A stretch of 64,000 bases of DNA from Camelus dromedarius (taxonomy: Eukaryota): NCBI RefSeq assembly GCF_036321535.1, contig NC_087472.1, positions 97,280,001-97,344,000 of the forward strand. Reading direction: 5' to 3'. The number at the start of each line of letters is the position of its first letter. Positions within the stretch are counted from its first letter, which is position 1. The position numbers and the translations under genes were made by a program. A model generated the notes under the pieces. It did no database searches. It was not told the DNA's origin and saw only the letters and a list, made by a program, of their open reading frames with translations. This document shows positions 24,530 to 37,767 of the stretch, in pieces.

Positions 24530-26830
24530 CTGAAAGTTAAAAAAATCACATTATCACAGTAGATGTCAAGAAGTCATGTAAGAAAATACCCATTATTAAC
24601 TTAAACCAAAAATCAAGTATCAACAGATTTTATTTAAAACTAAAGAATGGTATAGAAAACAATGGAGTTATTGCTTTAAAAAGAGAAAACTTTGAGATTG
24701 CCCTTTGAAACAACCTTCATTAGACAAAGTATTAGAAATGCTAGCTATAGTTCTAAGTAAAGAAAAGACAAATTAAAAGTATATCTATAAAAAGGATAGC
24801 AAGTTTATCCTATTTTTAAAAGGAAGCCAGTTGTCTGCTAAGACTGTCCTAGGGTATTAACCAAAGAAATTATGAAGGAGTAATCTGGTATAGGAAAGTT
24901 GAAGATGATAAAATGAATTATAAATATTCATTTTATACTGATATATTAAGGAAAGACAGCCTCAAGATACAATGAATACTGAATCTATTCACAGTAACTT
25001 TAAACTGACTTGGTATTAGTACAATTCAGGGAACATGGAATTTATTATAGAATGTAACAAAAATTATGGTAGAATGAAGAAAGCTGTACAAATAAGGTGA
25101 TATATCTTAACTAGAATTTATATAATTTTTCTAAGCTAAATTTTATAGACAGTGTAATCTAAAACCTTTGTAGGATAATTAACAGATTTTGAAAGAAATA
25201 TTTTCATCTGGAAGAATACATTGCTAATAATACTAATAAACATTTTAAAATATGGTGATGGTAGGTGGTTACCATCATATTTAACAAATTTGTTCAAACC
25301 TCAAAATATATTCTAAATAGACAGATATAAAAACTGACTAGTACTGAGTTAGCTATAAAATCATTGAATGACAGAGTGGAATAGAACTTTCTGAAAAATA
25401 CCCAGGTCACTATGTTTATCAGGGTGGAGTAATGAAAAGATTCTGAATCAGGACAGCAATCATGGTTCTTGTCATGGCTCTAACTGCATTGATGGTGTAA
25501 CTTTGGGCATTTTATTTAATCTTTTTGAATTTATGTTTTTTCTTTTATAAATTGGGGTATTTCTGCCTTATCTATCACAAAGAGCTATTGATATTGTATG
25601 AGATTGTGACATGCATAATAAACTGTATGTTAACCATATAATTTATATACTGCTATAACTTGTGAAAAATATATATGTGAAAAGCTAGAAGCAACTGAGT
25701 TATGGGAAAAGGAACACAAATTTAAAATATCTGATTGGGAAAACTGGAAGGCAATATGGAAACTCAACGTAAACTTTACAAGCCAAATCTCAAACTATAC
25801 ACTATGATAAATTTGATTTGAAATAAAGGGTTAATATAAAATAACATATAAAAAGATAGAAAATGACATCATATTTTATGCTATTCGGAGACTAGATGCA
25901 TTTCTGATTATTGAAGAAATGGAGATTTTGATTACAGAACAACTTTAATGTATAGAACTAAATAACTTTCATTCTTTAAAATGTAATACAACAAGCACAA
26001 AAGGGGAAGAAGCAGAAGAGGGTGGAAAAAGCTCAATATGTGTCCAACATATCTGCTAAATTCTCTTAATACTTTAATATATATGTAAACATTCATAAAA
26101 TTCTCCCCCTGATAATAAATGAATATGAAAAGCCAATTTACATATGAGGAAATTGTCCTGTGGAAAAAATGCTCAGCTTTAGTAGTAGTTAGAATGCAAA
26201 TTTAAATATTTCAGGAACATCTTACACAAATTAAATTTAAACTATCAAAAGAGAAATGTTGATACAACCAGTATTAGCAGAGTGTTGAAAATGAAAATGA
26301 TAGTAAGATGCACATTTCTTAACATTTTAATTTCTTGGGATAAGGATGTCTCTCTTATGATAAATGGCACTGTAACACTGAACCATTGAACAGGCAGCTC
26401 TTTTTACTTTCTAAGTGGTACAGAAGACAGTGGTTTACCTTACCACGATGGTGTCTTAGATTTTACTAAATACAGTGGGCATTGCTACCTGCACTTTACT
26501 TTTACTTTTACCTTGTGGGGAGCAGCCTGGCAATCTATTATAAGAGTCATGATGCTTGTCTTTGTATATATACCTTGGGGAACATATACAGGTGAAAAAC
26601 CTCAAATTAAAAAATAGCTAAATTACATATTGAACAAAAACAGCCACTAGTTTGGAGATGTCAAAATGTGTGTTACGTTAATACAAAGAATGATGAACCA
26701 ACATTAAAATGACAAACATGTAGGTAATGTTGATCCATGGACATGTGCTTACTAATCATTCAAACTAAAAAAAATCAAGGACTATGCAAACATCAGTTAA
26801 ACTTAGTAAAAGTAATTATTATGTATAACA
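24530..26830 (+). mobile_element. Ancient L1ME ORF2 C-terminus/3' UTR remnant (interrupted by MIR at ~25425-25620 and MER104)
   Basis: atcacagtagatgtcaagaagtcatg, ttcatctggaagaatacattgctaataatac, gattgggaaaactggaaggcaatatgg and aaaaaatgctcagctttagtagtagttagaatgcaaatt occur in colinear L1 order. Confidence 0.6.
26300..26476. mobile_element. TcMar-Tc2 MITE (MER104-like)
   Basis: taagatgcacatttcttaacattttaat...cttaccacgatggtgtcttagattttactaaatacag. Confidence 0.6.
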
Positions 26831-27879
26831 TGAGGAGTAACTGAAATTGTAGAAATGAAATGTAATGTACATAAGACTTTTTTCTTTTAAGTCAATTGAG
26901 TTCACAAAAATGCATTTTTACCAGATAGCTCTAGGGGAGCAAGGCTATTTCTTTTAATATATCCATGAAGCTATTTAAATTTTTTCTTAATCTGGAAAAG
27001 GACAGTACTTAAATTTTTCTGTATTTCTCTGGAGGCCAACTATGCAATTTAGAAAATCTAATATAGAAACAAATCTCAAAACTTTAAACATGTTGCAAAA
27101 TGCTATGTTCCAATGATAAAGCTTAAGTCTATAATTTCTTTTGCTTCAGATTTGGAAGAAATCTGAAAATCACTTTGATCACGTAGTTAAAGTTGAGCAT
27201 TTTTTTCTTCTCAGTGTAGCTAGGGCTTAAAACCCTGTTTAAAATGTCCCCAAACTCTTATTTTTGGATCTGCGGCAAATGGCAGAATTTACCATTTTTT
27301 GATAGTTTTGGTACCATGATAACTAAAGCCCTAATGGATTCTCCAGAATCATCCTTGGTGATCATTTCCATGTCTGAAATACCATGTGTCAAAGATAATT
27401 TGGCTGGGGAAACTCTGACAAATTCTAATAACAAATGCACTGATTACCAAAATAGTATAATTTCTTTAGAAACCCATTTATTGAGCTGGTTCTATTATCT
27501 ACAGATAGTTCATAATAGGATGAATTATTTACCCACATTAGGTGCATAGTTCTCAGAAGTTAGATTTTAAAATAATGGTGTGATCAGAACAAGAGAGGCC
27601 TAATGGATGAAATTATGTTTTAGTCAACAATGTTGATTTGCTTCTAAGGCATATATGTTTGGACACCTCAGAGAAAGAACCTGGGAATACTTAGTACAGG
27701 TTAAAATACATGTAAATTTGTCTAGCTAATGGAATCAGTTCTTTTCGAATTTAAGAATGTGCTAACATTGTAGCCATTTTAGTGCCAGGGTGGGGCCACA
27801 CTGAAAGGATATTTTTGTGTTTATTTGCTGTCTTGTACTGCTCTGATTGGGGTACAGGGAATGCCTATGCCTGGCTGCA

Positions 27880-28640
27880 AATATTTGTCATTCATCCTTC
27901 TGTCCACCCGTTCGTTCATCTGATCCTTCCAATAGCTCTTCTAGGCACTGAGCTAAATCCCAGAGATAAATACAGAGATGAACAAGAGATGGTCCCTGCC
28001 ATTGAGGAGCTCACAGTCAAGTAAGGGTCTTAATCACTCTGCTCACCACACGACAGGCCAGGACAGGCCAATAAATGGGGGGAGAGGAGGTGTTGGGGGC
28101 AAGGAATAATTACTTTATTTGGAAAGCCAGGAGATCGAGAAGGTAGGGGACTAACGTCCTAGAGAACCATCTTACCCAAGTCAGAATTCAGACTCCTTTT
28201 ATACTAAAAGGAGGGGATGTGGTTGGTTGTTGCAAACTTCTTGGTGTTGGGAATCCTTTGTTATTGCAGCCATCTGTGTAGGTCAGGTCCGATGTTCCTG
28301 TAAACCTCCAACAAAACAAATGTTATTCTCTGTTCTGCAACTTTTTATCTCTATATGAATGGAAAAGTTTTATACCCTTAAAGGTCAGAGCTTTGAGAAT
28401 GGGCTATCCTGTATATTTCAGGCTCTAGGCAACATTCTTTTGAAAAGAACCAGCATGGCTAAGCACAAGAAACAGAGCACAAAGTTAGAGCTGAAGGAAC
28501 AAATCTAGTATGGAGTCAGATTTGTTCTCCCCTATTCTAGGAGGAGCAGACAGATGATGTCAGTGTAGTTCAACAGGAAGTGTTAAAGGAGACAAGAGCC
28601 AAGTGTCGAGGATACACAGAGGAGGGGACAAATCTAGACT
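27880..28640 (-). mobile_element. L2 3' fragment split by an ERV1 LTR
   Basis: ctaggcactgagctaaatcccagagataaa...gtccctgccattgaggagctcacagtc resumes after the LTR as ggaggagcagacag. Confidence 0.6.
28020..28538 (-). mobile_element. ERV1-type solo LTR
   Basis: About 520 bp. On the - strand: TATA (GTATAAAAGG, 28195-28204) and AATAAA (28114-28119). Body has ERV1-LTR-like motifs (ggtcaggtc...gatgttcctgtaaacctccaacaa; ccttaaaggtcagagc). Termini are mutated and the TSD is unclear. Confidence 0.75.
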
Positions 28641-29688
28641 GTCTCTAACAGGATTCCCTTGTACAAACCAAGAACAAAACTGTTTTCAATAGAGAGTTAC
28701 TCCTGATTCTTTCACCAATTCGGTATCATGGGACTTCGTTGTCCTCTTGAAATATTGTCCTCACTTTGCTCTGTCTACCTAGACCTGTCGTTCAAAGTCC
28801 AGGTTGGATTATATCTTCTCTTGAAGCTTCCTGTATGCCTAAAGCCCGTGCTGTTTTGTTGCTCCTGTGAGATAGGGCAGGAAATTGCCTAGATTTGTGT
28901 TGGTGTTTCCTACACTGAATATTTACCTGACAAATACTAATATTTATTGATTATTCAATTCATGTTGGGCCCCCATATACATTTCTACCAGAAATGAGGA
29001 ACTTTCTTTCCATATTGTATGTATTAGATATTGTATGTGGATCGTGAATACAGTCAGTGGGCTTTCTCATTCAAAAATATAGGGATATTAATTGACACAG
29101 TCTGTCATTGAGTTGGAATATCAAAATTGTGGTTTGCTTTATAAAATTTAGTTTTTGCCTAGGGTTCACTCCCAAGGATTTTGTAACTCTCATCTTTTCT
29201 CAGTAAATTGATTCAAGGGCTGGAGGCAATGGTTTGTATGTCACTTCTGATGAAATATTTTTTAGTTTCTAATTGCTTAATGAATATTTTGTAGAGTGAG
29301 TGAATGAAAGTTTTATACCATGTGAAAGGAAGAAATGAAAAGATTGTGAAGAGGGTATTTGTGTGTGTGTGTATGTGTATTCAAGTAAGTCTGTTATGTT
29401 AGCTTCATTTCAAGAAGTTAGTACAGCATTTATTCTCTCCTGGGAGCATGGACCTGCTGGAATGTCTGATGTGGAAAAGGACAGATGACCCACCCTAAGT
29501 CTTCTTCCTTGGTGCAGAATTCCATTTTCTCCTTGAATGCCAGCAGGAAAAAAGCTTTCTCTTGCTCTGGCATTGCTTAACAATGTGAGTTTCAGGCAGT
29601 TTCAGTTGTGGGAAGATTGTGACTGACAACTCTGGAATGAGAGAAGCCTCTGCCTTTAATCCCCTGCAAATAATGATGACAACTGTAG

Positions 29689-30075
29689 CATATTAGTTAA
29701 GGTAATGTCAGCTGCTGAAAGAGAAACCTCCAACTCTCAGTCCTTTAAGACAATAAAAATGTATTTCTCATTCACAGTGCTGCTCATTAGCAGGCAGTTA
29801 AGCTCCTGTGATGATTTGGATACCTGGACTCCTTCCATCTTGTGGTTCCATTGCCTTCTGCTCTTAGCTTCCAAGGCCACACAGGAAAAGGCATGAATGA
29901 TTATGTGTGGGATGGCTTTTATGGGCCAAGCTTGGAAGTGGTATATATCTCCTTTGCTTACATTTTATTGGATAAAAATTAATCGAGGGGTGCACCCTAT
30001 AAGGACAGCTAGGAAATATAGTCTAGTTGGATGTTTCAGAAGAAGAAATGAATGGTCAACTAGCAGTTTCTTTTA
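29689..30075 (-). mobile_element. MaLR LTR (MLT1J/K-like)
   Basis: tattagttaaggtaatgtcagctgctg...aataaaaatgtatttctcattcaca...ggccaagcttggaagtggtatatatctcctttgcttacattttattgg. Confidence 0.7.
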
Positions 30076-32017
30076 GACATAGGGGCACATTTTTCCAATT
30101 CAAGCCCAGGGTAAATCATAAACACTTTATCCTTTGCAGAGAGAACCTAAATTTAGATCTGGAATTCTGGCTCAACCAGATTGCGCCCTCATACTCAAAA
30201 ACTGTGTGATTGCATGGCAAGGGTTAAAGGCTGTTACTTGTTGGTAAGTAGCATGAGAGGCAATCAGAACTATTTTGAAGGTCAGGCTTCCAGGAAAAAG
30301 AGATTGGTTGAAAGATGTGACAGGATTTCCCTGTCTCCTAACAGAGTACTTGAGAAGAAATTCTCCCCAGCTTGGATCAAAAGGGTAGTCTTCTGTTAAT
30401 CAATATTCAGCCAGCATCTCTTTTTTTATAGTGGTTGCTTTTAGCTTATTGCCTCACTATTTTTTAATTATCTCATTGCCCTCTGAGACCCTTTTAAGTT
30501 TTAACGTATTGTGGTTAAGTTTCTTTTTAATCGACTATTATTAATTTGTTCCTCTTGATTGTCTTATAAACATGCTTGCTTAGTTCTGTGCATTATATAT
30601 ATGAAAAAATATCAACACAGCATACCTTAGGGATAAAAGAAACCACCAGTGGGTTTTTTAAAGGCCCTAAAGTAAATACAAATGCATTTTAAAGTTGGAC
30701 GATGTTAAATGAGGGGGAAATTGCTTTATAGGCCATTGGCCAGGGCTTTCCAATTTGATTAATACCTCACATTATTATTGTGGAACAATCATTACATATA
30801 GACCTGGTATAATGGAATTTCACTTTCTAGAAGAATGATCATGTAATTCCTGTGTTCAACAGAAAGTTTTATGAAACCTGGATCATTGTGTAATGCCTGA
30901 TGTCAAAGCCTTTCTGTGCATTTTTGCTTTCAGCATTTGAAACTTGTTTGCCTTCTCAGAATACACATCAAAATGATTCTTCTCTGACATAAAGCCAAAG
31001 TAGAAGCTACATGGAATTACACTATTTTCTTCTTTACAAAACACGACAGAAAATAAATTCTTAGAGTAACTGATTACAAGGTCCCCACTTAGGTTCCTGA
31101 ATTATGAGGAAAATATAAATAGCAACAAATGTTATACATAGAGAAAAAATATGCATGTATATATAGAGAGAGCAAGGGGGTGATAGAACACCCAAGACTA
31201 ATCATGGCTTCGTTCTTCTTTCTAAGGTCTGAAAAGAAGTAACTGTTTCTTCAGAAACTGGAACTGAGAAAGAGTAGGACATATTGTGACACTAACCATT
31301 TTCCTTACTGAGAATATTTACTCAGAGTAAGCAAGAAGTTTCAGAAAATCTCCTGGTCAAAAGTATCCGAAGCCCTTTGGTTGGGAAGGCTGCGGACCTT
31401 TAAGCAGGCCAGTTAATCACACCTTCTTTGACTCCAGTAAACCTCTGAATTTAGACTCCCTAAGTCACGTGATTTGGAGGAATTTTGATGATGTGTTGAC
31501 TAGGGTCTTTTAAATTAGGAAGGGACACATCTGGATGGAAAGCCCCAGTCAGGAAGCAGGAAAACACAGTAAAGAGTGAGGATAAAAGTAGGAATACAAA
31601 GCACAGAATACCTCCCAATATTTTGCTGCCTCTCCTGATAATTTCCTTTCCCAGTAGATGGGGAAGACATAGAGGAGCTGCTACGCTGGACTCTTGTTTA
31701 ACTAGGGCCAAGGGATGTTCGCTGATATGTAGGGAATGGGGCAGCAACAAGATTGAACATGGTGTCTGAAAATTCATCAGCATGTTTAGAGAAGGAAAGA
31801 TGATTTCCAAAAAGCCAGGAAATAACATATAACTCATACAGAAACTTGAAATGGGAATATGGATCAAAGGCATTGATCTGTGAAAACTGAATTTCCAATT
31901 TCATGATTGTGTTTCCTTCAGGGAAGAAAAGGGAGCAGGGATATTTTAAGTAGCTAACGTGGATACCCTTAAATTTTGTCTGTTGAGTGCATGTTTAAAA
32001 TTTGTGTTCACCAATAC

Positions 32018-32342
32018 TTTTTTATCATAAAACAATTTCAAACTTTCAGAAAAGTTGCCAGTTCAGTACAAAGAACCTTTTCTTTTCTGGAACCCTTTGA
32101 GAGTATACTGACAACATGATGTTCCATCCTTCCTGAACACTTTAACATGTATGTCCTGAAGACAAGGACATTCTTCTACATGTCTACTATACAACCATCA
32201 AAATGATTAAATTATCACCGACACATTACTACCATCTCATCCTCAGACCCCATTCAAATTTCACCAACTGTCCCAATAGCTTTATAGCAAAAAGATTGAG
32301 TCCAGAATCATGTTGTGCACTTGTCATGTATTTTTCTTTAGA
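32018..32342 (-). mobile_element. Old L1 (L1MC4-like) 3' end
   Basis: ttttatcataaaacaatttcaaactttcagaaaagttgc...gacaaggacattctt...cagaccccattcaaatttcaccaactgtcccaatag. Confidence 0.75.
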
Positions 32343-32481
32343 CTGATGAGCTCAGATTTAAAAAGACATTTTCTAAAAGAAAAAAGAAAGAATATATGAC
32401 CAAGGACAATTTTATGAGTGATATAATCCCAAAACGATAGAGTCAGTGAAGATAAAACCAGAAATACAAAAACCAAAATGA

Positions 32482-33964
32482 TTTTTTTAAACACTTTATT
32501 TTTTAGGGCAGTTTTAAGTTTACAAAAAATTGAGAGTAAGGTACAGAGACCTCCAGTACACTCCCTGTCCCCATATATGCACATACTCTTCTATTACCAG
32601 CTCACCACTCCCCAGGGTGATACATTTTTTTTGCCAAAGGTCACATCATAATCACCCTGAGTCCACTCTTGGTGCTGTACATTTAAAGGGTTTGGACAAA
32701 TGTATAATGACATGTATCCATCATCTTAATATCACACAGAGTATTTTCACTGCCCTGAAAACCTATATTTTGCCTATTCAACTCTTCCAACCACTCCTGG
32801 CAACCACTGATCTTTTTACAGTCTTTGTAGTTTTGCCTTTTCTAGAATGTCATACAGTTAGAATCATATAGCCTTCTCAGATTGGCTCCTTCTACTTAGA
32901 AATATGCATTTAAGGTTCCTCCCTGTCTTTTAATGACTTGATGTCTCATTTCTTTTTAGCACTGAATAATATTCCATTGTCTGGATGTACCACAGTATAT
33001 CCATTCATCTACCGAAAGACATCTTGGTTGCTTCCAAGTTTTAGCAATTATAAATAAAGCTGTTTTAAACATCTGAGGGCAGGTTTTTGTGTGGACCTAA
33101 GTTTTCAACACCTTTGGGTAAATACAAAAGAGCACCATTGCTGGACTGTATGTTAAGAGTATGTTTAGTTTTGTAAGGACCATCTTCCACGGTGGCTGTA
33201 TTATTTTTCAGTTCCACCAGCAACACATAAAAGTTGCTATTGCTCCACGTCCTCACCAGCATTTGGTGTCGTCAGTGTTCCAGAGTTTGGCCATTCTAAT
33301 AGGTGTGCAGCTGTATCTGATATCTTGTTTTAATTTACATTTCCCTGATGACATACCACGTGGAGCATCTTTTCATATGCTTATTTTCCATCTGTATATT
33401 TTCTTTGATGAGATGTCTGTTAAGGTCTTTGGCCCATTTTTTGATCAGGTTGTTTTCTTATTGTTGATTGAGAGTTCTTTCCATATCTTGTGTAACGGTT
33501 CTTTATCAGATACGTTTTTTTGGAAATAACTTTCTCCCAGTCTGTGGCTTGTCATCTTCTTTCAACATAGTCTTTCACAGAGCAGAAGTTTTTAGTTTTA
33601 ATGAAGTCCATGCTTATCAATTATTTATTTCATGGTTTGTGCCTTGATGTTGTATCTAAAATGTCATAGCAATACCCAATGTTATCCAGGTTTTCTTCTA
33701 TGTTACCTTCTAGGAGTTTTATAGCTTTGCATTTTACATTTAGGCCTATGATCCATTTTGGGTTAATTTTTGAGAAAGGTATAAGGTCTGTGGTCTAGAT
33801 TTATTTTCTTTGCATGTGGATGTTCAGTTCTTCCCGCACCATCTATTGAAGAGACTGTCTTTGCTCCTTTGTATTGCCTCTGCTCCTACGTCAAAGATCA
33901 ACTGACTATATTTATGTGGGTCTACTTCCAGATTCTGTATTCTGTTCCATTGATTTATTTGTCT
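32482..33964 (-). mobile_element. L1MC1/L1MB-like 3' ~1.5 kb
   Basis: tttagggcagttttaagtttacaaaaaattgagagtaaggtacagaga, followed by antisense ORF2 C-terminal motifs (ttggccattctaataggtgtg; ttctgttccattgat). Confidence 0.85.
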
Positions 33965-34534
33965 ACAAAATGTGTTTATTATCTTTTATGCAACCTGAAC
34001 AAAGAAGGACTTCAGAAAGATGAGTTAGTGATAACCTATGATGTGAGAGAGAGCTACATACCTTTGCAAGTTGGAAAGGGTAAGAAAAGCTCCATTTAGG
34101 ACAAAATTCTCAGATATAAGAGAAGATAATTGCAGAGTATTTCTTGATTTCAAATGAATTTAACTTTGTCCAGATGAACTGCCTCTGAGAAACTGTCAGA
34201 ATCTGCATATGCATGTACATCATCTCTGTTTATTTTGAAGAATTATGGAAAACAGTAGAAAAGCCAAATGAAAGCCCCAATTCTTGAATCAACCTCTATC
34301 TGGGGGAAGTTTCCAGTGGAATGCTTCAGGACTTGTCAATGTGCTCGTTGAGTGTTTATTGGAGAATATACTTATTAAATTATTGTTTATTCTGAGATAT
34401 AAGATAAACTAGCTGACAAAAGGAAGACATAAAACTATTCTGATAAGATGGAATGATGGGTCAAAATTAACAAGATAAAATGTAATAGGAGATATAGTTA
34501 ACTGATTTTTTATAAAGGTACAAAGGTTGCAGAC

Positions 34535-35872
34535 AAGCAAGTATTAAAAGCTAGAATGATCTGTATGGTAATGGATTAGATTTGGAGACATCAGTATGAA
34601 CTCATATTTAGTTCTTAATATAGATACAAAATGATGCTTTTGAAATATCTATAGATATATGTAAATATTCAGGTTCCTATATACATATAATATTTCCTTT
34701 CCATGTTACCTGAGCGGGCCTCAAACTATAACACTCTGATGGAAATGAGCAAATCCAGTGCTAAGCTCTTGGTTTCAAATATCATTTTCTAATAAAAGAA
34801 GCCATGGCTCCTTTGAGAAGTGGTTGATTTTAGGTCTGGGCAGGGAATATTCAAGATGACCCCGAAGTATCTGGTAGTGCCAGAAAGTAAGGAAGTACTA
34901 AAAAAACAAAAAGAAAAACAAAACAAACAAACAAAAAAACAAAACCCAAAGCAAACAACAGTGGCAACAACAATGGGGGAGTATGTCAAAAGGACATAGG
35001 GGCCAATTTAAAGAGCTCACAGTGACCAAAGCTGAAACAAAGTGAGCAACAAAATAAATAATATCATATTGGATTATAACCCAAAGTAGAAAATAAATAC
35101 CCTTGAGTCCAAACTTCTATTAAAAAATAATTGAATGAATAAATAAATGAAGAAGAGACAAATCTCTTGTACAGAAGAATCCTAATTTTTTATTTAATAC
35201 TCCCCTGTCAAGGAGGTGGAGTTCAGATCTCCAGCCCTGAATGGGGGCGGGGGTTCTGAATTGTGACTTCCTTCCAGAGAAGACTATATGGAAAGTGGGA
35301 AAAAGAACAACTTTACAGTGGAGAAACCTGAGAAACACTACTGCAGCCAGGTAGTCAAAGTTAACATCACCAGTGTTAAGTTATATTGAAAACATGTATT
35401 CCTGATAAGCTAGGATGAAAATAACACACTGTCTATGTGGTCTTCTCCCAAAGCCCCATTACTCAAGTTTAATCACGAGTAAAACATCAGATGACTAAAA
35501 GATCAGATTCCCATTTGAGGGAATCCTACTAAAGACCTGAGTAGTACTCCTCGAAGCCATCAAAATGATCAAAAATAGGAAGATTCTGAGAAAGTGTCAC
35601 AGTCTAGAGGAGCCTAAGGAGACATGACAGCTAAATGTAATGTGCTCTCCTGGATGGAATCCTGGACAGAAAAAAGGATATTATGGGAAAACTCAAATCT
35701 GAAAGTGTGGACCTAAATTAATATTTATGTATCAATATTTTTCATTTGTTGTGACAAAAGTACCATACTAATGTCAGATGTTAATAGGAGAAACTGGGAG
35801 TGGGGCATATGGGATCTTTCTGTACTATCTTTACAACTTTTTATATTAATATCAATTAGATTTAAAAAAAAA
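34535..35872 (+). mobile_element. L1MC3/L1MD-like long 3' UTR
   Basis: ggagacatcagtatgaactcatatttag, gtcacagtctagaggagcctaaggagacatgacagctaaatgtaatgtg and gggatctttctgtactatctttacaactttt, then an A tail. Confidence 0.8.
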
Positions 35873-35939
35873 CCCTCTGTACTTGGGTTAACACTCTAAT
35901 CCAAATGCTCATGTTTCTTCACTGGTCTGTTACAGAAGT

Positions 35940-36540
35940 CTTTTGTTCAGTCCTTCTGTTCCCACTCTTGTGTCCTCTCCACAGAGGAGCCAGAGAAATT
36001 TCTTTTCTAAGTGTAAATCACATCACATCATTCTGCCCCCAAGCCCTATGATGTCTTTTCATAATACTTGGGATGAAATCCAAATCCTTTACCATGGTAT
36101 GCAAGACTCCACATGATCTGGTCATTCATTTCCTACCAGTCACATCCTACCATCCTTCCCCTTATTGTCTCTTTATTGGCCATAGTGGCCTCTTATTCCT
36201 CACATATTCAATTGTACGACATAGCATATGTATTTCTTTTGCCTAGGAAGCTCTCTCTCAGATCTTTGCATGGCTTTTTACTTTATATATGTCAGATGTT
36301 TGTTCAAATATCATCTCCTAAAAGAGGTCTTCCCTGACACTTTAGTTTATCATAGCCTTGGTCTTATTCTTTTAAACTCTTTATCTTGCTTCATTTTTAA
36401 TAGTACTTATTACTGATCGTTATAATAATTTCAAACTTTCAAAAAGTACATGTTCATAATAACAGGTCTTTGGTTTGTTTTACTCACACTATGCTTTCGT
36501 TGTCTACAACCATGGATAGTAAGTTAGTGAATGAATAGAT
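35940..36540 (+). mobile_element. L2a 3' fragment
   Basis: gatgaaatccaaatccttaccatgg...aaatatcatctcctaaaagaggtcttccctgac...tagtgaatgaat. Confidence 0.7.
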
Positions 36541-37767
36541 AAAAACCTGACTGCTTAAGTGCTATGTGAGGTTATCAGACATGCTAACACATACTTAAGA
36601 TTACATTAATAGAAATACATTTCCTTAAATAAAGGAAAAAAAGAATAGACTGATTTGGCCATTGTCTTATCAACCTATTTCTGGAAATATTTGTTTAATC
36701 CTGATTATCACATTTTCAGATGTTCGTGTACAAATTGAATTGTCCAAATGAGTGCAATAAATTATAATGTGTTTAGAAACCATCAATTGACGATTAATAG
36801 AATTGGGCATGATTGTCCTGAAGACCTGAGGAGATCTTGATAGGTGTCTGTAAATATTTTACTCATTTAAATTCTACAATAAATTTGATAGCCACGTGCC
36901 AGGTACAGTGTTCAGTCCTGGAAATGAAATGAATAAACACATAAAGGAAGAAAAGATTGCTTTTGCCTCCTACGAGTGTTATTGGCTCCAGCTTGTGGAT
37001 GTTTTAGTTGTGAAGATTTTGATTTAACATAAGGAAACAGATTTTTAATAATAAACACACTATTAATGGAATAATTAAAAGCTGATATTAAGTTCCCTGA
37101 CACACAAGAAAGCTTAATCAATGAGTGCCTGGCTACCTTTCCTAGATCTTAAAGGAAAAGTCCTTCATTAGGAAAAACAAATACTGAACCAGTTACCTCT
37201 ATATTTCTAAGTCTAAAATTCTGTGATTCTAGAGGATTGCAGATATGATGCAGATGATAACGCCACATTTTTCCTACTGATGGGAATAGAATGCTTAGCC
37301 AATATTTTCTCTGTGTGGCATTCTGACAACCTCAGGTGCATGCAGTATTTCAGCAGAGAAGAGATTAGATTAACTATTGTTGAAATTCTTTACAAGGGAG
37401 TGGAGGGGGGTCCAAGACCTGATTTACAATCTGGTCTCCTTGGCATAAAAAAAAAAAATGAAAGACATAAAAAAAAAAAAAAAGTCCTTGAAAATAGTCT
37501 CTCCATGCTCCAATTAGAATGATCTCTCTTCAAATAGGAAAGCTAACTGGAAAAGATAATGACTACTAGACTCCTAAAGTATCCGGTTCCTTCAACTTCC
37601 ACTCTCATGCAAGATGCCCCATGGTATAGTAGAAAATACTAAGCATTTACAGAGTTATTTTCAAAAGAATGTTTGGGTGGTGATGGAGGAAAATAGAACA
37701 CATGGTTGACAACCTCTATGATTAGAGAAATTTCAGAGTGGAAAGAGTGTGTTTGGTGCTCTTTCCC

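Larger units (their letters stand above)
31450..36880 (+). mobile_element. Long fragmented ancient CR1/L3 LINE (outer span; interrupted by three L1s and an L2)
   Basis: ccagatgaactgcctctgaga (PDELPLR, cf. CR1 GPDELHPRVLKEL) at ~34170, tttattttgaagaattatggaaaacag, and gctaacacatacttaagattacattaatagaa...ctggaaatatttgtttaatcctg at ~36580-36710. Confidence 0.55.

Noticed and set aside
31460..31904. 137-aa hydrophobic ORF as a membrane protein
   Set aside because: Antisense to purine-rich, probably CR1-derived sequence, which yields Leu/Phe/Ser-rich frames by composition.
37444..37483. Paired A-runs (catA12...catA15) as a retroinsertion
   Set aside because: No clear TSD or body; simple slippage or local duplication suffices.
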